32,643 nucleotides of DNA, from positions 1-32,643 of the forward strand of contig JAHFUH010000011.1 in assembly GCA_023265215.1 (NCBI GenBank). Reading direction: 5' to 3'. The notes below the pieces were generated by a model, which saw only the letters and a list, made by a program, of their open reading frames with translations, made no database searches and was not told the DNA's origin. Both the position numbers and the translations under genes were made by a program. Shown one piece after another: positions 16,308-25,472 of the stretch (positions are counted from its first letter, which is position 1; every line of letters starts with the position of its first letter). Origin of the DNA: Acidobacteriota bacterium (GTDB lineage: Bacteria > Acidobacteriota > UBA6911).

Positions 16308-16850
16308 ATGAATCCTGCTCAATTGAACGAAAAAGCACCAGAAGAATTCAAGGCAAAATTCGAAACCACAAAAGGCGATTTTGTCGTGGATGTCACGCGA
16401 GAATGGGCACCCAACGGAGCCGACCGGCTCTATAACCTGGTGAAGAACGGGTATTACGACAACTGTCGTTTTTTCAGAGTGGTGGAGAATTTCATGGTAC
16501 AGTTCGGAATCAATGGCGATCCCGATCTGAACACTATCTGGCGCGCAGCCCGGATTCCAGACGACCAATCCACACAATCCAATTCGCGGGGATGCGTCAC
16601 ATTCGCCACTGCAGGGCCGAATACGCGCACGACACAGCTGTTTGTCAATTTCGCAGATAATTCATTCCTGGACAGCCAGGGTTTCACCCCTTTGGGCAAG
16701 GTGAGTGAAGAAGGAATGAAGGTTGTAGAATCTATTACCGCGAAATATGGCGAAAAACCCGACCAGGGACGAATGCAGAGAGAAGGAAATGCCTATCTGG
16801 AACAAGCATTCCCCGATCTCGACTACATTAAATCCGCCACAATTTTATAA
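16308..16850 (+). CDS. cyclophilin-type peptidyl-prolyl cis-trans isomerase
   Basis: FFRVVENFMVQFG and FATAGPNTRTTQLFVNF match cyclophilin signatures. The start at ATG 16308 has GGAG 6 nt upstream. Confidence 0.9.
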   Translation: MNPAQLNEKAPEEFKAKFETTKGDFVVDVTREWAPNGADRLYNLVKNGYYDNCRFFRVVENFMVQFGINGDPDLNTIWRAARIPDDQSTQSNSRGCVTFATAGPNTRTTQLFVNFADNSFLDSQGFTPLGKVSEEGMKVVESITAKYGEKPDQGRMQREGNAYLEQAFPDLDYIKSATIL

Positions 16851-16910
16851 AAACACCACGGATTTCAGGGAAAAACATTCTGCGATAATCCGTGAAATCC
16901 GTGGCGTTTT
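16850..16910. terminator. hairpin of the CCACGGATT family between convergent genes (likely bidirectional terminator)
   Basis: ccacggatttca (16856-16867) pairs perfectly with tgaaatccgtgg (16893-16904). The pairing extends to about 18 bp with one mismatch. An A-run lies on the left and cgtttt on the right. It sits exactly between the cyclophilin stop and the metV stop. Confidence 0.5.
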
Positions 16911-17580
16911 ATTTCACTTGGTGTTCTTTGCGTACAACCTTGCGGGCGCCGCAGTACCAGGCATGACTCCAGTCTTTCGGTGGAATTATTTCTTCAAGCC
17001 TGTCCAGTTGCCCGATGCTTTTTAGCCGGGAATATATCAACTGCCAGGCACAGGGCCTGTCCGAATCCACTTCGCATCGGCTTTCGAGTGAACCGCCGCA
17101 GGGCCCGTTCAATAGCCGTTTGGCGCATCGTGTCACGGGGCAAATTCCTCCGAACTGCGCCAGCATACAGTCGCCGCAACCCAGGCACTTCTCCGTCCAG
17201 ATCGCCTGCTCTTCCAGCACGCCCAGGAATTGGGTGTTGAGCCCGGCGTAAACCGGAATGGCGGGAAACCGTTCCGCAATCGCCTGAACGCCGGCTCCGC
17301 ACCCGAAAGAAACAATCGCCTCAACTTCGGCCGCAGGGCCCGCCAGGTCTTTGATGAATTCATTTTCACACTGGCGCTCAATCGTAACCTGCCGGATTTC
17401 TATAGGGCTGCGGTCGAGTTTGCGTGCCATCCGCATTGCATAGGAAGCGATCCCGACTTCGCGTTCTCCTCCTGCGAGGCACACAGTGACGCAAGTTCCG
17501 CATCCCACAAAAAGAACCTTCTTGTGATCTGCGATTATTTTTTTCAATTCTGTAATTGACTTGGGTGAGGCAACAATCAT
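16909..17580 (-). CDS. metV: MetV: methylenetetrahydrofolate reductase C-terminal-domain (zinc-ribbon/Fe-S) protein
   Basis: CGDCMLAQFGGICPVTRCAKRLLNGPCGGS is the hallmark of the MTHFR_C family. An N-terminal GCGTCVTVC cysteine cluster is also present. The start overlaps the mvhD stop (ATGA). Confidence 0.8.
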   Translation of the reverse strand: MIVASPKSITELKKIIADHKKVLFVGCGTCVTVCLAGGEREVGIASYAMRMARKLDRSPIEIRQVTIERQCENEFIKDLAGPAAEVEAIVSFGCGAGVQAIAERFPAIPVYAGLNTQFLGVLEEQAIWTEKCLGCGDCMLAQFGGICPVTRCAKRLLNGPCGGSLESRCEVDSDRPCAWQLIYSRLKSIGQLDRLEEIIPPKDWSHAWYCGARKVVRKEHQVK

Positions 17581-18038
17581 GATTCTCCTGCACTTTCTTT
17601 ATTTTCAGACGGCTTGAGAGGACTTGGTCCCAGAGCCGTCACTGTCGACACAATTTCCTGCACATGCTGGACAAATTCCGGCGCCATAGCATCCGAGACG
17701 TTCACCATTTTGAGCCGCTCGCTTCCAAGCCCGATCTCATCAAGAATGAGACAGACGCGCTCGGTTCTTTTTCGCGCCCTCAAGTTGCCTTCCATGAAGT
17801 GGCAGCCCCCTTCGAGGCACCCGACCACCAGAACACCATCGACACCTCTTTCAAAGGCATCCAAAATGTATTCCATTTCAATCTTGCCGGTGCAGGGCAT
17901 ATGGACGATCCGCAAGCCGGCGGAGTATTGCATGCGCTGGATGCCCGCAAGATCCGCCGCCGCAAATCCGCAATAGTTGCAACAAAAGGCGATAATTTCA
18001 GGGGTCCAGGCTGTCTGCTCTTTCTCCAGCTGCATCAT
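17577..18038 (-). CDS. mvhD: MvhD (methyl-viologen-reducing hydrogenase delta subunit / FlpD family)
   Basis: IIAFCCNYCG, HMPCTGKIE and VVGCLEGGCHFMEGN motifs. I placed the start at ATG 18038, which overlaps the TGA of the HdrA-like gene (GTATGA). The track extension to 18248 lies inside that gene. Confidence 0.85.
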   Translation of the reverse strand: MMQLEKEQTAWTPEIIAFCCNYCGFAAADLAGIQRMQYSAGLRIVHMPCTGKIEMEYILDAFERGVDGVLVVGCLEGGCHFMEGNLRARKRTERVCLILDEIGLGSERLKMVNVSDAMAPEFVQHVQEIVSTVTALGPSPLKPSENKESAGES

Positions 18039-21000
18039 ACCAACCCTCCTCCAACGAGCAGCTCGTCCAGCATTGCGGTCACGATGCGGCTGTCCTGATG
18101 CTGCAGCATAATAGTTCTGGCAGGGCAAACCGCAACGCAGCTTCCGCATCCCATGCACTTTGCACCCTGGATTTCGGACTTTCGGACATCGTTGATAACG
18201 GGAGCTCCATAAGGGCAAACCTTGACGCAGGTAGCGCAGGCGACGCAATTAACCGGATTGACATGAGCCACCTGCCCGGCGATCTCCAGCTCAGCCTTCG
18301 ACAGAATTCTGGCTGCCCGGCCTGCCGCAGCCTGAGCCTGCGCAATCGTCTCATCGATGAATCGCGGCGAGTGAGCCAAGCCGCACAGGAATTCTCCTTC
18401 ATTGCTCAGATCCACCGGCCGAAGCTTGGAATGAGCTTCCTGGAAAAAGCCATCCGCATTCAAAGCGCTCCGTAGCGTGCCGGATATGGCAGGATTGTCC
18501 CGGCCAGGCGCGATTCCGGTTGAAAGCACAAGCAGGTCCGGCCGCAAAACCAGATCCCGGCCTGTGGCCGCATCGTGAACCGTCACCTTGATTTGTCCGC
18601 CTTCTTCAACGACCTCGGGGTCCTGACCGTCCGGGCGGCGAATGAACTGCACGCCCTGCTCGCGAGCCTTCTGATAAAAAGCATCCCGGAATCCCGGGGT
18701 TCGAATGTCGCGGTACAAAATAACAACGTTGGAACGCGGCTTGCGCTTTTTAATCTCCAGTGCATTTTTGATCGCTTCAGAACAGCAAACCCGGCTGCAA
18801 TATGGATGCTTTTCGTCCCGGCTCTCAACGCACTGAATCATAACAACTGAAGGATTCGGCTTATCCTCCAACTGCGCGATCGGGTTCCCTGCAAGCGCCG
18901 ACTCCAGTTTGGCCTGAGTGATGACGCGAGGGTTTTTGCCGTTGAAATATTTTTGAGTCGATTGCTCTTGTCCCCCGGTTGCAACAATGACGGAGCCATG
19001 CTCGATGGTCTGCTCCAGGCCCGCAATACTCAACACGCTTTTAAAATTGCCCACCTGCCCGGCAATTGCGGCCAATCTCGCATTCAAATGCACGGTAATC
19101 GAAGGCATTGATAGAGTCTTGGATGTCAAATCACGAATCCGCAACTGAACATCATCCCCCTCGAGAGTGCTGCAAAGTTTAGCCGCCTGCCCGCCGAGAC
19201 TCGATTCCTTTTCAACCAGATGCACCTTATAGCCCTGGCCGGCAATGTTTAAAGCCGCGGTCATCCCTGCAATCCCGCCGCCCAGGATCAACGCCGATGC
19301 CGTCACCGGAACTTCCCCGTTCCTCAATGACTTCAGATGGCGAGCCCGCGCGACCGCCATCGACACAAGATCGATCGCTTTTTCTGTTGCAGCGGCCGGA
19401 TCATCCCTGTGCACCCAGGAACACTGATCCCGTATATTCGTCATTGCCAGAAGGTACTGATTCAATCCGCTTTCACGCAGCGTTTCCTGGAAGAGGACCT
19501 CGTGCGTTCTCGACCAGCAGGATGCAATGACGAGCCGATTGAGCCGGTGCTTCCTGATCATTTCCTTGATGTGCTGCTGGTTGGCTTCCGAGCAGGTGTA
19601 GATGCTCGCCTCGGCGTGGCGCACGCCGGGCATTGCCGCCGCTCTTCTGGCAAGCCGCTCTACATCCACAACCGACGAGATATTATGACCGCAATGGCAG
19701 ACGAAGACGCCAATCCGGGGAGCCTCGTCCGCAACATCCCGCTCCCAGGGATATTCATGCCGCTGGATCATGGTGCCGCGAACGGATGTCAGCTGCTCCA
19801 TTGCCGCCGCTGCAGCAGCCGAAGCCTGAACTACCGATTCGGAAATGTCTTTGGGCTCCTGGAAAGCGCCTGCCACGTAGATTCCCGGCCGCGACGCAGC
19901 AAGCGGCGAAAGCCTTCCAGTTCGCGCAAAGCCAAATTCGTTTAAGTCCAGCCCCAGGCGGCCTGCCATTTCCCTGGCTTCGGAAGGAACCTGAATTCCT
20001 GAACTGAGAACCACCAGATCAAATTCCTGTTGCTGCTCGGCGCCCGACTGGCTGATGTAGCACACGCGCGGATTTTTGGTAGCCGGCATTTCCTCAATGC
20101 GGGAGGGAATCGCACGCACGAACCTGATGCCAAACTCCCTCTGAGCCCGGACGATATACTTGTCGAATTCCTTGCCTGATGCGCACACATCGGAGCAGAA
20201 GATCGATACCTCGGGTCTGTCCTTGGCATGCTCCAACGCAGCCATCGCTTCTTTGGCGGCGCTCATGCAGCAGATTGCGGAGCAGTAACCATTCCCGCGT
20301 TCGGAATTCCGGCTTCCGACGCACTGGATAAATGCAATTTTTTTTGCAGGGCCTCTGTCGGATGGCCTATGCACTTTTCCACCCGTCAGCCCTCCAGCCG
20401 AAAGCATCTGCTCAAACTGGACATTCGAAAGCACGTTGGCCCACCGGCCGTGGCCATACTCTTCCCAATGAGCGGCAGGAAATTCTTCAATTCCAGGCGA
20501 GAGGATGATGCTGCCCACATCCAGGTCAAATTCGGAAATCTGCTGGTCCTGAAGCACCGCACCGGCGGTGCAAGCCTGGACACACTGCATGCACTCGCTG
20601 CAAAGGCCGCACGACAGGCAGCGCCTGGCTTCTTTCTCTGCCTGCTCTTTGATATAGCCCGCCTCGATTTCAGAAAAACTCCCCACTCGATCGCCGGTAC
20701 TCATCCGGGAAACAGGAACTCTCTCCTGCTTTGGCGCTTCCGGAGCGGGATTTTTTGCAAAACCGGAGTTCGCTGAATTCGGGGAAGATCCGGCGGAGGC
20801 GTGCGCAACCGATGCGGTGTTGCGAATATAGGCCGCACCACGAATGAAAGCGTCAATCGACTCGGCAGCCTTGTGGCCTTGAGCAATCGAATCCACAACG
20901 GAGGATGGGCCCAGAACCGCGTCACCGCCTGCGAAAACTCCGGAGACGTTTGTAGCTTGAGAAGCATCCGCGCGGATCCTACCGCCGGGCCGCAACTCCA

Positions 21001-22531
21001 GTCCAAGACCGGAAGAATTGAGTCCCTGGCTCAAAGCAACAATGACTGTGTCTGCCGGGAGCGAAGTTATGGCGGAATCGTCATACAGCGGGTCAAACTT
21101 CTTGTATTCGTCAAAGACGCTGGTGCACGCCCGGAAAACCGCAGAAGAAACTTTTCCTTCCGCAGCCTCGAACCTCGTGAGCCCCAGCCTGTGATAAAAA
21201 GCCACTCCTTCCTCGAGAGCCTCGGCCACGTGCCATGCGCGGGCAGGCATTTCCTCGCGGTTCTCGATGCACGCGACACTCACCGATTTCACTCCCGGCA
21301 GGCGCAATGCGCTTCGCGCAGCATCCATGGCCATATCGCTGCCGCCGATCACCAGCACCTCCGGCCCTATTTTCGGAGAGCATTTCGTGTTTACTTCATA
21401 AAGGAATTTCTGTCCTTCCCAAATGCCCGGAGCGTCCTCACCGGGGATACTCATTTTTCGATTGCCCCAAGCGCCGGACGCAACGAATACAGCGCTGAAT
21501 TCATTCTGTGCAGTTCCGGCCGGCTGCGCTTTTGATTTGAGCAGATCTTTAGGCTTGTTGATTACAACGCCGGCCCGGACCTGCACGCCCAAGTTAAGGA
21601 TCTGACGGATATCTTTATCGAGAACTTCTTTGGGGAGACGATAATCGGGAATCCCGTAGCGGAGCATTCCGCCCAGGAGCGGCTGAGACTCGAAAATAGT
21701 AACGCCATAGCCGGCCAGAGCCAGATCGGCGGCGGCTGTCAAACCGGCCGGCCCGCTCCCAATCACAGCGACTCGCACACTCAGCGAAGGGCCCGCCGGA
21801 TTCCAGGCAGGGTATTGATCGGGGTTGGCATCGATGTAATCTGTGACAAACCTTTCGATAGCGCGGGCCGAAACAGCTTCATCAACCTCCCTGCGGTTGC
21901 AGTTGTCTTCACAAGGACGATTACAGATCCGGCCGCAGACGGCCGGAAGCGGGCAGCGCCGGCGGATGAGATCGTACGCTTCCTTGAATTTGCCCGCGGC
22001 AGTCAAGGCTATGTAGCCTTGAACATTCACCTCCGCGGGGCAGGATCCTTTGCAGGGCGCGGGTCCTGGAGATTTTGAAACACCGAAGACATTGGGAATA
22101 GCTTGCGGGTACGGGCGAAAAATCGCCTTGTGCTTGCTCAACCCGCGATCGAACTCGTTTGGCAATTCAACCGGGCACACAGCGGTGCAGTCGCCGCAGG
22201 CATCGCACTTCTTCAAATCCACATAGCGCGGATTCTGGCGGATTTTTACCTTGAAGCTCCCGGGCTGACCGGAAACGCTTTGGATGTCGGCCAGCGTAAT
22301 TATTTCAATGTTCCTATTTCTTGCGACTTCAACCAGCCTCGGCGAGAGGATGCACATGGCGCAGTCGCCGGTGGGAAAAGTCTTATCCAACTGCGACATC
22401 CGTCCGCCGATGGCCGGCGCCGAATCCAGCAGATAGACCTTGAATCCGCTGTCGGCCAGGTCCAGCGCCGCCTGAATTCCAGTGATTCCAGCGCCGCAAA
22501 CCAGCGCCGCTCCAATCGTTTCGTCACTCAT
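18035..22531 (-). CDS. 1498-aa fusion: HdrA-like module with an embedded GltD/NfnB-like NAD(P)H module, then a second HdrA-like module and a C-terminal 2x[4Fe-4S] ferredoxin domain
   Basis: Residues 1-150: GAGITGIQAALDLA, DCAMCILSPRLVE, CDACGDCTAVCP (HdrA). Residues about 155-565: CPAEVNVQGYI...CGRICNRPCEDNCNR, VAVIGSGPAGLTAA, LLGGMLRYGIPDYRLP, VLVIGGSDMAMDAAR, VFAGGDAV (GltD-like). Residues about 637-910: CLSCGLCSECMQCVQAC, FIQCVGSRNSERGNGYCSAICC, GIYVAGAF. Residues about 940-1040: VFVCHCGHNI. Residues about 1078-1410: LILGGGIAGMTAAL, MIQCVESRDEKHPYCSRVCC. Residues 1429-1470: CVACATCVKVCP and CMGCGSCVAVCP. Confidence 0.85.
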   Translation of the reverse strand: MSDETIGAALVCGAGITGIQAALDLADSGFKVYLLDSAPAIGGRMSQLDKTFPTGDCAMCILSPRLVEVARNRNIEIITLADIQSVSGQPGSFKVKIRQNPRYVDLKKCDACGDCTAVCPVELPNEFDRGLSKHKAIFRPYPQAIPNVFGVSKSPGPAPCKGSCPAEVNVQGYIALTAAGKFKEAYDLIRRRCPLPAVCGRICNRPCEDNCNRREVDEAVSARAIERFVTDYIDANPDQYPAWNPAGPSLSVRVAVIGSGPAGLTAAADLALAGYGVTIFESQPLLGGMLRYGIPDYRLPKEVLDKDIRQILNLGVQVRAGVVINKPKDLLKSKAQPAGTAQNEFSAVFVASGAWGNRKMSIPGEDAPGIWEGQKFLYEVNTKCSPKIGPEVLVIGGSDMAMDAARSALRLPGVKSVSVACIENREEMPARAWHVAEALEEGVAFYHRLGLTRFEAAEGKVSSAVFRACTSVFDEYKKFDPLYDDSAITSLPADTVIVALSQGLNSSGLGLELRPGGRIRADASQATNVSGVFAGGDAVLGPSSVVDSIAQGHKAAESIDAFIRGAAYIRNTASVAHASAGSSPNSANSGFAKNPAPEAPKQERVPVSRMSTGDRVGSFSEIEAGYIKEQAEKEARRCLSCGLCSECMQCVQACTAGAVLQDQQISEFDLDVGSIILSPGIEEFPAAHWEEYGHGRWANVLSNVQFEQMLSAGGLTGGKVHRPSDRGPAKKIAFIQCVGSRNSERGNGYCSAICCMSAAKEAMAALEHAKDRPEVSIFCSDVCASGKEFDKYIVRAQREFGIRFVRAIPSRIEEMPATKNPRVCYISQSGAEQQQEFDLVVLSSGIQVPSEAREMAGRLGLDLNEFGFARTGRLSPLAASRPGIYVAGAFQEPKDISESVVQASAAAAAAMEQLTSVRGTMIQRHEYPWERDVADEAPRIGVFVCHCGHNISSVVDVERLARRAAAMPGVRHAEASIYTCSEANQQHIKEMIRKHRLNRLVIASCWSRTHEVLFQETLRESGLNQYLLAMTNIRDQCSWVHRDDPAAATEKAIDLVSMAVARARHLKSLRNGEVPVTASALILGGGIAGMTAALNIAGQGYKVHLVEKESSLGGQAAKLCSTLEGDDVQLRIRDLTSKTLSMPSITVHLNARLAAIAGQVGNFKSVLSIAGLEQTIEHGSVIVATGGQEQSTQKYFNGKNPRVITQAKLESALAGNPIAQLEDKPNPSVVMIQCVESRDEKHPYCSRVCCSEAIKNALEIKKRKPRSNVVILYRDIRTPGFRDAFYQKAREQGVQFIRRPDGQDPEVVEEGGQIKVTVHDAATGRDLVLRPDLLVLSTGIAPGRDNPAISGTLRSALNADGFFQEAHSKLRPVDLSNEGEFLCGLAHSPRFIDETIAQAQAAAGRAARILSKAELEIAGQVAHVNPVNCVACATCVKVCPYGAPVINDVRKSEIQGAKCMGCGSCVAVCPARTIMLQHQDSRIVTAMLDELLVGGGLV

Positions 22532-22629
22532 TTAAATTTTCCTGGACCGCCTTGGCGGCCCCTTGTGTTTGTACATATTTCCATTGGACGCTTCGCACCG
22601 GATCAAAAGCGCGGAAGGCGCGAGCTATC

Positions 22630-25251
22630 CTACTTTTTCGATGACGCCAATATTGAAAGCTTCACCGCACCAACTTTTCTATAAACCTCATGAGGCGCTT
22701 TGACCTCGCCGTCCACCGTCAGCAAATCCTGAATTTTTATCCCGAAAAGACGCTCGTTCTCGACCAGATAAGGACGGATCAGCCGCCAGTCCTTGTCGCT
22801 CAGGTCCGAAAAAACTCCGCCGTTCAATTGCCGTTCCACTACCTGTCGGCGCGGATCGCGAATGTAAATCGCGCCCCCGCTGGCCAGCGAAAAAAGGTTG
22901 CTGCCGGGATAAGGCGCCTGCTGGGGTTTCATGCGGCCGCGCTGGTCGAATTCGACGCCGTTCAGGATTACAAAACCACCCCCTGCCAACGGGTCGCCCG
23001 CCATGAAGGATTCCGCCAGAAAATCCAGGCACGTTCCGTTAATGACCACGCGCGGCCGCCCGACGGCATTGATCAGCGGCCGGCCGGCAGCGTTGCCCAA
23101 AACGTACACTTCCCCGCCCTTGGCCCCGTACATAAACGTCTGGCCGACATCGCCGTGAATCACAAGCCTGCCGCTTTTGGCAATCTGGGCGACCTGATCT
23201 TGCGCATTTCCATGAATGCATATCTGAAGGCCATCCATTCCGCTCGCGGTGTAGTCCCCGTTGGAACCATACAGGTCAATGCGAACGTCGTTTGTTTCCG
23301 CACCAAGGCCGGCTCCGTGAAATCGCTGACCTCTCAGGCGGTAAACAATGAATCTCTTCCAGCCCGCCTGGTAAGCCTTCCGGAGAAGAACGGCGTCGCA
23401 ATCGTCCCCTTCCGGCGGGAAGCCCTGCGCATCGATGATCAAGATTTCTTCTCCCGCCCTCGGACCCGCCAACCGATCACGCGTAGCCCAGTTTACCCGG
23501 CGCCAGAAGCGGCTCACCGGCTCGCCAAAAAGCGGGGCGCCGTCCAGCAGCTCTTCAAGCGCGTCTTCCGCAACCCGGATCACCGTGGCGCCGCGCTTGT
23601 CGCCCGTGTAGAAGCGCCGATCATGCAGCATGGTCAGCACTTCGATAGCGGTGGATCGGGATTTCGCATTATCCGCGCCCCGGACTACCAGTTTGCAAAA
23701 CCGCTGCAGGTCGCCGGCGGACCAGGAAGGCAGATCCATCGCATATGTGAAGAGGCTCTCCACATTTCCTTTCTGCAGCCATTGGTTTACAAGCTCTTTC
23801 AGCGGATCAGCGGTATTCTTGTCATATACTTGAACAACTCCAAGATCGCAACGGACTGTGCCGGAGTCGAGCGCAACCGGCCGGCCGAATTTGTCGGTGC
23901 ACGTGAGCTTTTTTCCGCCATTCTGCGAATCCACGCTGAAGATAAAAGCCCCTCCGTCCGTGCTTGAGCCGCCGCGCGCGTTCCAATACTTGTCGGCCAC
24001 TGGACAGAAGCGCGGATCTTCCCGGGCAAGGCTTCTCAAAGTGGCGTCGATAGCCTGCTTCTCGGAGCAGATCAGGCCGATCTGCACCTCCCCGTCGTCG
24101 GAAAGCGCAAAAACCTGCGGGCGCAGCATTGCCGTGTCGGTGATGCCAAGCAGCTGGACTTTTCCCTTGTCCGGCTGGCTGCGTGCAATAATGAAAAACC
24201 ATGGGCCGTCAGGCGAGGCATGCATGTGGGTTGCCTGAATTTGCCGGTAGATTGTCTGTTTTTCCGGGGGCAACTGATCAAAATCCAGCTCAGTCGTGGG
24301 CGCCAGCGCTTCGATGATGTATTCCAGCGGGTATTTGTAAACCCGATCCCATAAATCAAACAACTGGACCGAAACCTCGGTATCGGTAAGAAACTGCTGG
24401 CGAATGTTGCGCTGCTTCAGATATTCGCAGACGGAATAGTAGTTGGCGAAATCACCATTGTGCACCAGGGCTTCGTTTACCCCCACGAATGGATGAGCCC
24501 CGCCCGGGTGCCAGACGCGTCCCTTGGTGGGGTAGCGTTGGTGCGCGATCCACGCATGCGCCTTGAAATCCTGGAGTTGATAATACTCAACATTCTGCTC
24601 GGCGTAGCCGACCATTTTGAAAACGAGCAGGTCTCGGCCGTGCGATAGCACGAAGGCGCGCTTTTCTCCGAGGGATGTGTAGAATTCATCGTTCAGACTG
24701 TAGGAATTCCGCCAGATGAATTCGTCCTCCAGATCCCGAGGCGAAAGGCTCCCCAGCCCCGTCTGTTCGGCAAATTTTTTCAGGACCTCGGTCTTCACAC
24801 GAACGATATAACGGTGAACGTCCGGCGGGCAAACCTCCAGGCCGGGAAGATCCCGGTAGTCATCGATATGAGGCTGCCTGGTCGACAATGCCACTTCAAA
24901 ATTAGGCAGTATGTATTTGCGCTCAAGTTCAGCGTGGCAAGCCGGGTCCAGCAGGGCGATCTGGAGAAGATAATAATCATTCAAAACTTCGCGAGGCACG
25001 CCCATCTGCTCAGGTGTCAGACCGACGGCGGCAATGCCTCCGCCCTTGCCGTTGCCCCGGTTCTGCATCTGAACGGACGGCTCGTAGATGAACCGTCCCG
25101 CCAGCGGCACGGTGCAGGCGAAACCGGTAACACCGCATCCCCCCTCTTCAGCTGCCTTCGGAAGACGCAAGTCGCGCCCGGAATAGATTTGTGACCTCGT
25201 CGCAAGCAATCGTTCGGCAATTTCGTTCACGTTATTGTTTCCATCGATCAT
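22630..25251 (-). CDS. glutamate synthase-type class II glutamine amidotransferase domain fused to a GXGXG (GltB C-terminal) domain
   Basis: A candidate Ntn nucleophile sits in EEGGCGVTGFA after a leader of about 38 aa. HQRYPTKG and HNGDFANY resemble GATase_2 blocks. From about residue 633: RFHGAGLG, IHGNAQDQVAQIAKSGRLVIHGDVGQTFMYGAKGGEVYVLGNAAGRPL, VINGTCLDFLAESFMAG (GXGXG repeats). There is no clear RBS at ATG 25251, so the exact start is uncertain. Confidence 0.8.
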   Translation of the reverse strand: MIDGNNNVNEIAERLLATRSQIYSGRDLRLPKAAEEGGCGVTGFACTVPLAGRFIYEPSVQMQNRGNGKGGGIAAVGLTPEQMGVPREVLNDYYLLQIALLDPACHAELERKYILPNFEVALSTRQPHIDDYRDLPGLEVCPPDVHRYIVRVKTEVLKKFAEQTGLGSLSPRDLEDEFIWRNSYSLNDEFYTSLGEKRAFVLSHGRDLLVFKMVGYAEQNVEYYQLQDFKAHAWIAHQRYPTKGRVWHPGGAHPFVGVNEALVHNGDFANYYSVCEYLKQRNIRQQFLTDTEVSVQLFDLWDRVYKYPLEYIIEALAPTTELDFDQLPPEKQTIYRQIQATHMHASPDGPWFFIIARSQPDKGKVQLLGITDTAMLRPQVFALSDDGEVQIGLICSEKQAIDATLRSLAREDPRFCPVADKYWNARGGSSTDGGAFIFSVDSQNGGKKLTCTDKFGRPVALDSGTVRCDLGVVQVYDKNTADPLKELVNQWLQKGNVESLFTYAMDLPSWSAGDLQRFCKLVVRGADNAKSRSTAIEVLTMLHDRRFYTGDKRGATVIRVAEDALEELLDGAPLFGEPVSRFWRRVNWATRDRLAGPRAGEEILIIDAQGFPPEGDDCDAVLLRKAYQAGWKRFIVYRLRGQRFHGAGLGAETNDVRIDLYGSNGDYTASGMDGLQICIHGNAQDQVAQIAKSGRLVIHGDVGQTFMYGAKGGEVYVLGNAAGRPLINAVGRPRVVINGTCLDFLAESFMAGDPLAGGGFVILNGVEFDQRGRMKPQQAPYPGSNLFSLASGGAIYIRDPRRQVVERQLNGGVFSDLSDKDWRLIRPYLVENERLFGIKIQDLLTVDGEVKAPHEVYRKVGAVKLSILASSKK

Positions 25252-25265
25252 GAATTCAATTTTTA

Positions 25266-25449
25266 GGCCCGAAGGGCCGGCAATTAATAGACCCGACCGT
25301 CAGGTCGGGATTAGCCTGGCGATGAAAATGAGCACCGAAGGTGCGGCACTCTAAGAATCTGCCGGTGTCGCACCTTCGGCGCTCATTTCTATTGCGGCCC
25401 CATTTCCCGGCCTCACGGCCGGGCCTATTTATTACCGGTCCTTCGGACC
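25266..25449. repeat. array of five stable hairpins inside the operon
   Basis: ggccc gaa gggcc (25266-25278); cccgacc gtca ggtcggg (25292-25309); a 20-bp stem aaatgagcaccgaaggtgcg / cgcaccttcggcgctcattt (25326-25345 / 25369-25388, 19/20); cccggcc tcac ggccggg (25406-25423); ggtcc ttc ggacc (25437-25449). Confidence 0.85.
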
Positions 25450-25472
25450 TCCATTACTCAGATCTCCGAGTA

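Noticed and set aside
18039-18248. A 70-codon upstream extension of the mvhD ORF.
   Set aside because: It lies wholly inside the 3' end of the HdrA-fusion gene in another frame. ATG 18038 overlaps that gene's stop codon and gives the normal MvhD N-terminus.
22690-23967. A 425-aa ORF on the plus strand, together with other long plus-strand ORFs at 19337-19945, 20801-21535, 26052-26801, 26823-27656 and 31585-32484.
   Set aside because: All lie antisense to minus-strand genes that carry unmistakable conserved motifs (GXGXG, HdrA, GltB-FMN, AAA+). Their translations are low-complexity and Arg/Pro/Ala-rich, as expected for shadow frames of GC-rich coding sequence.
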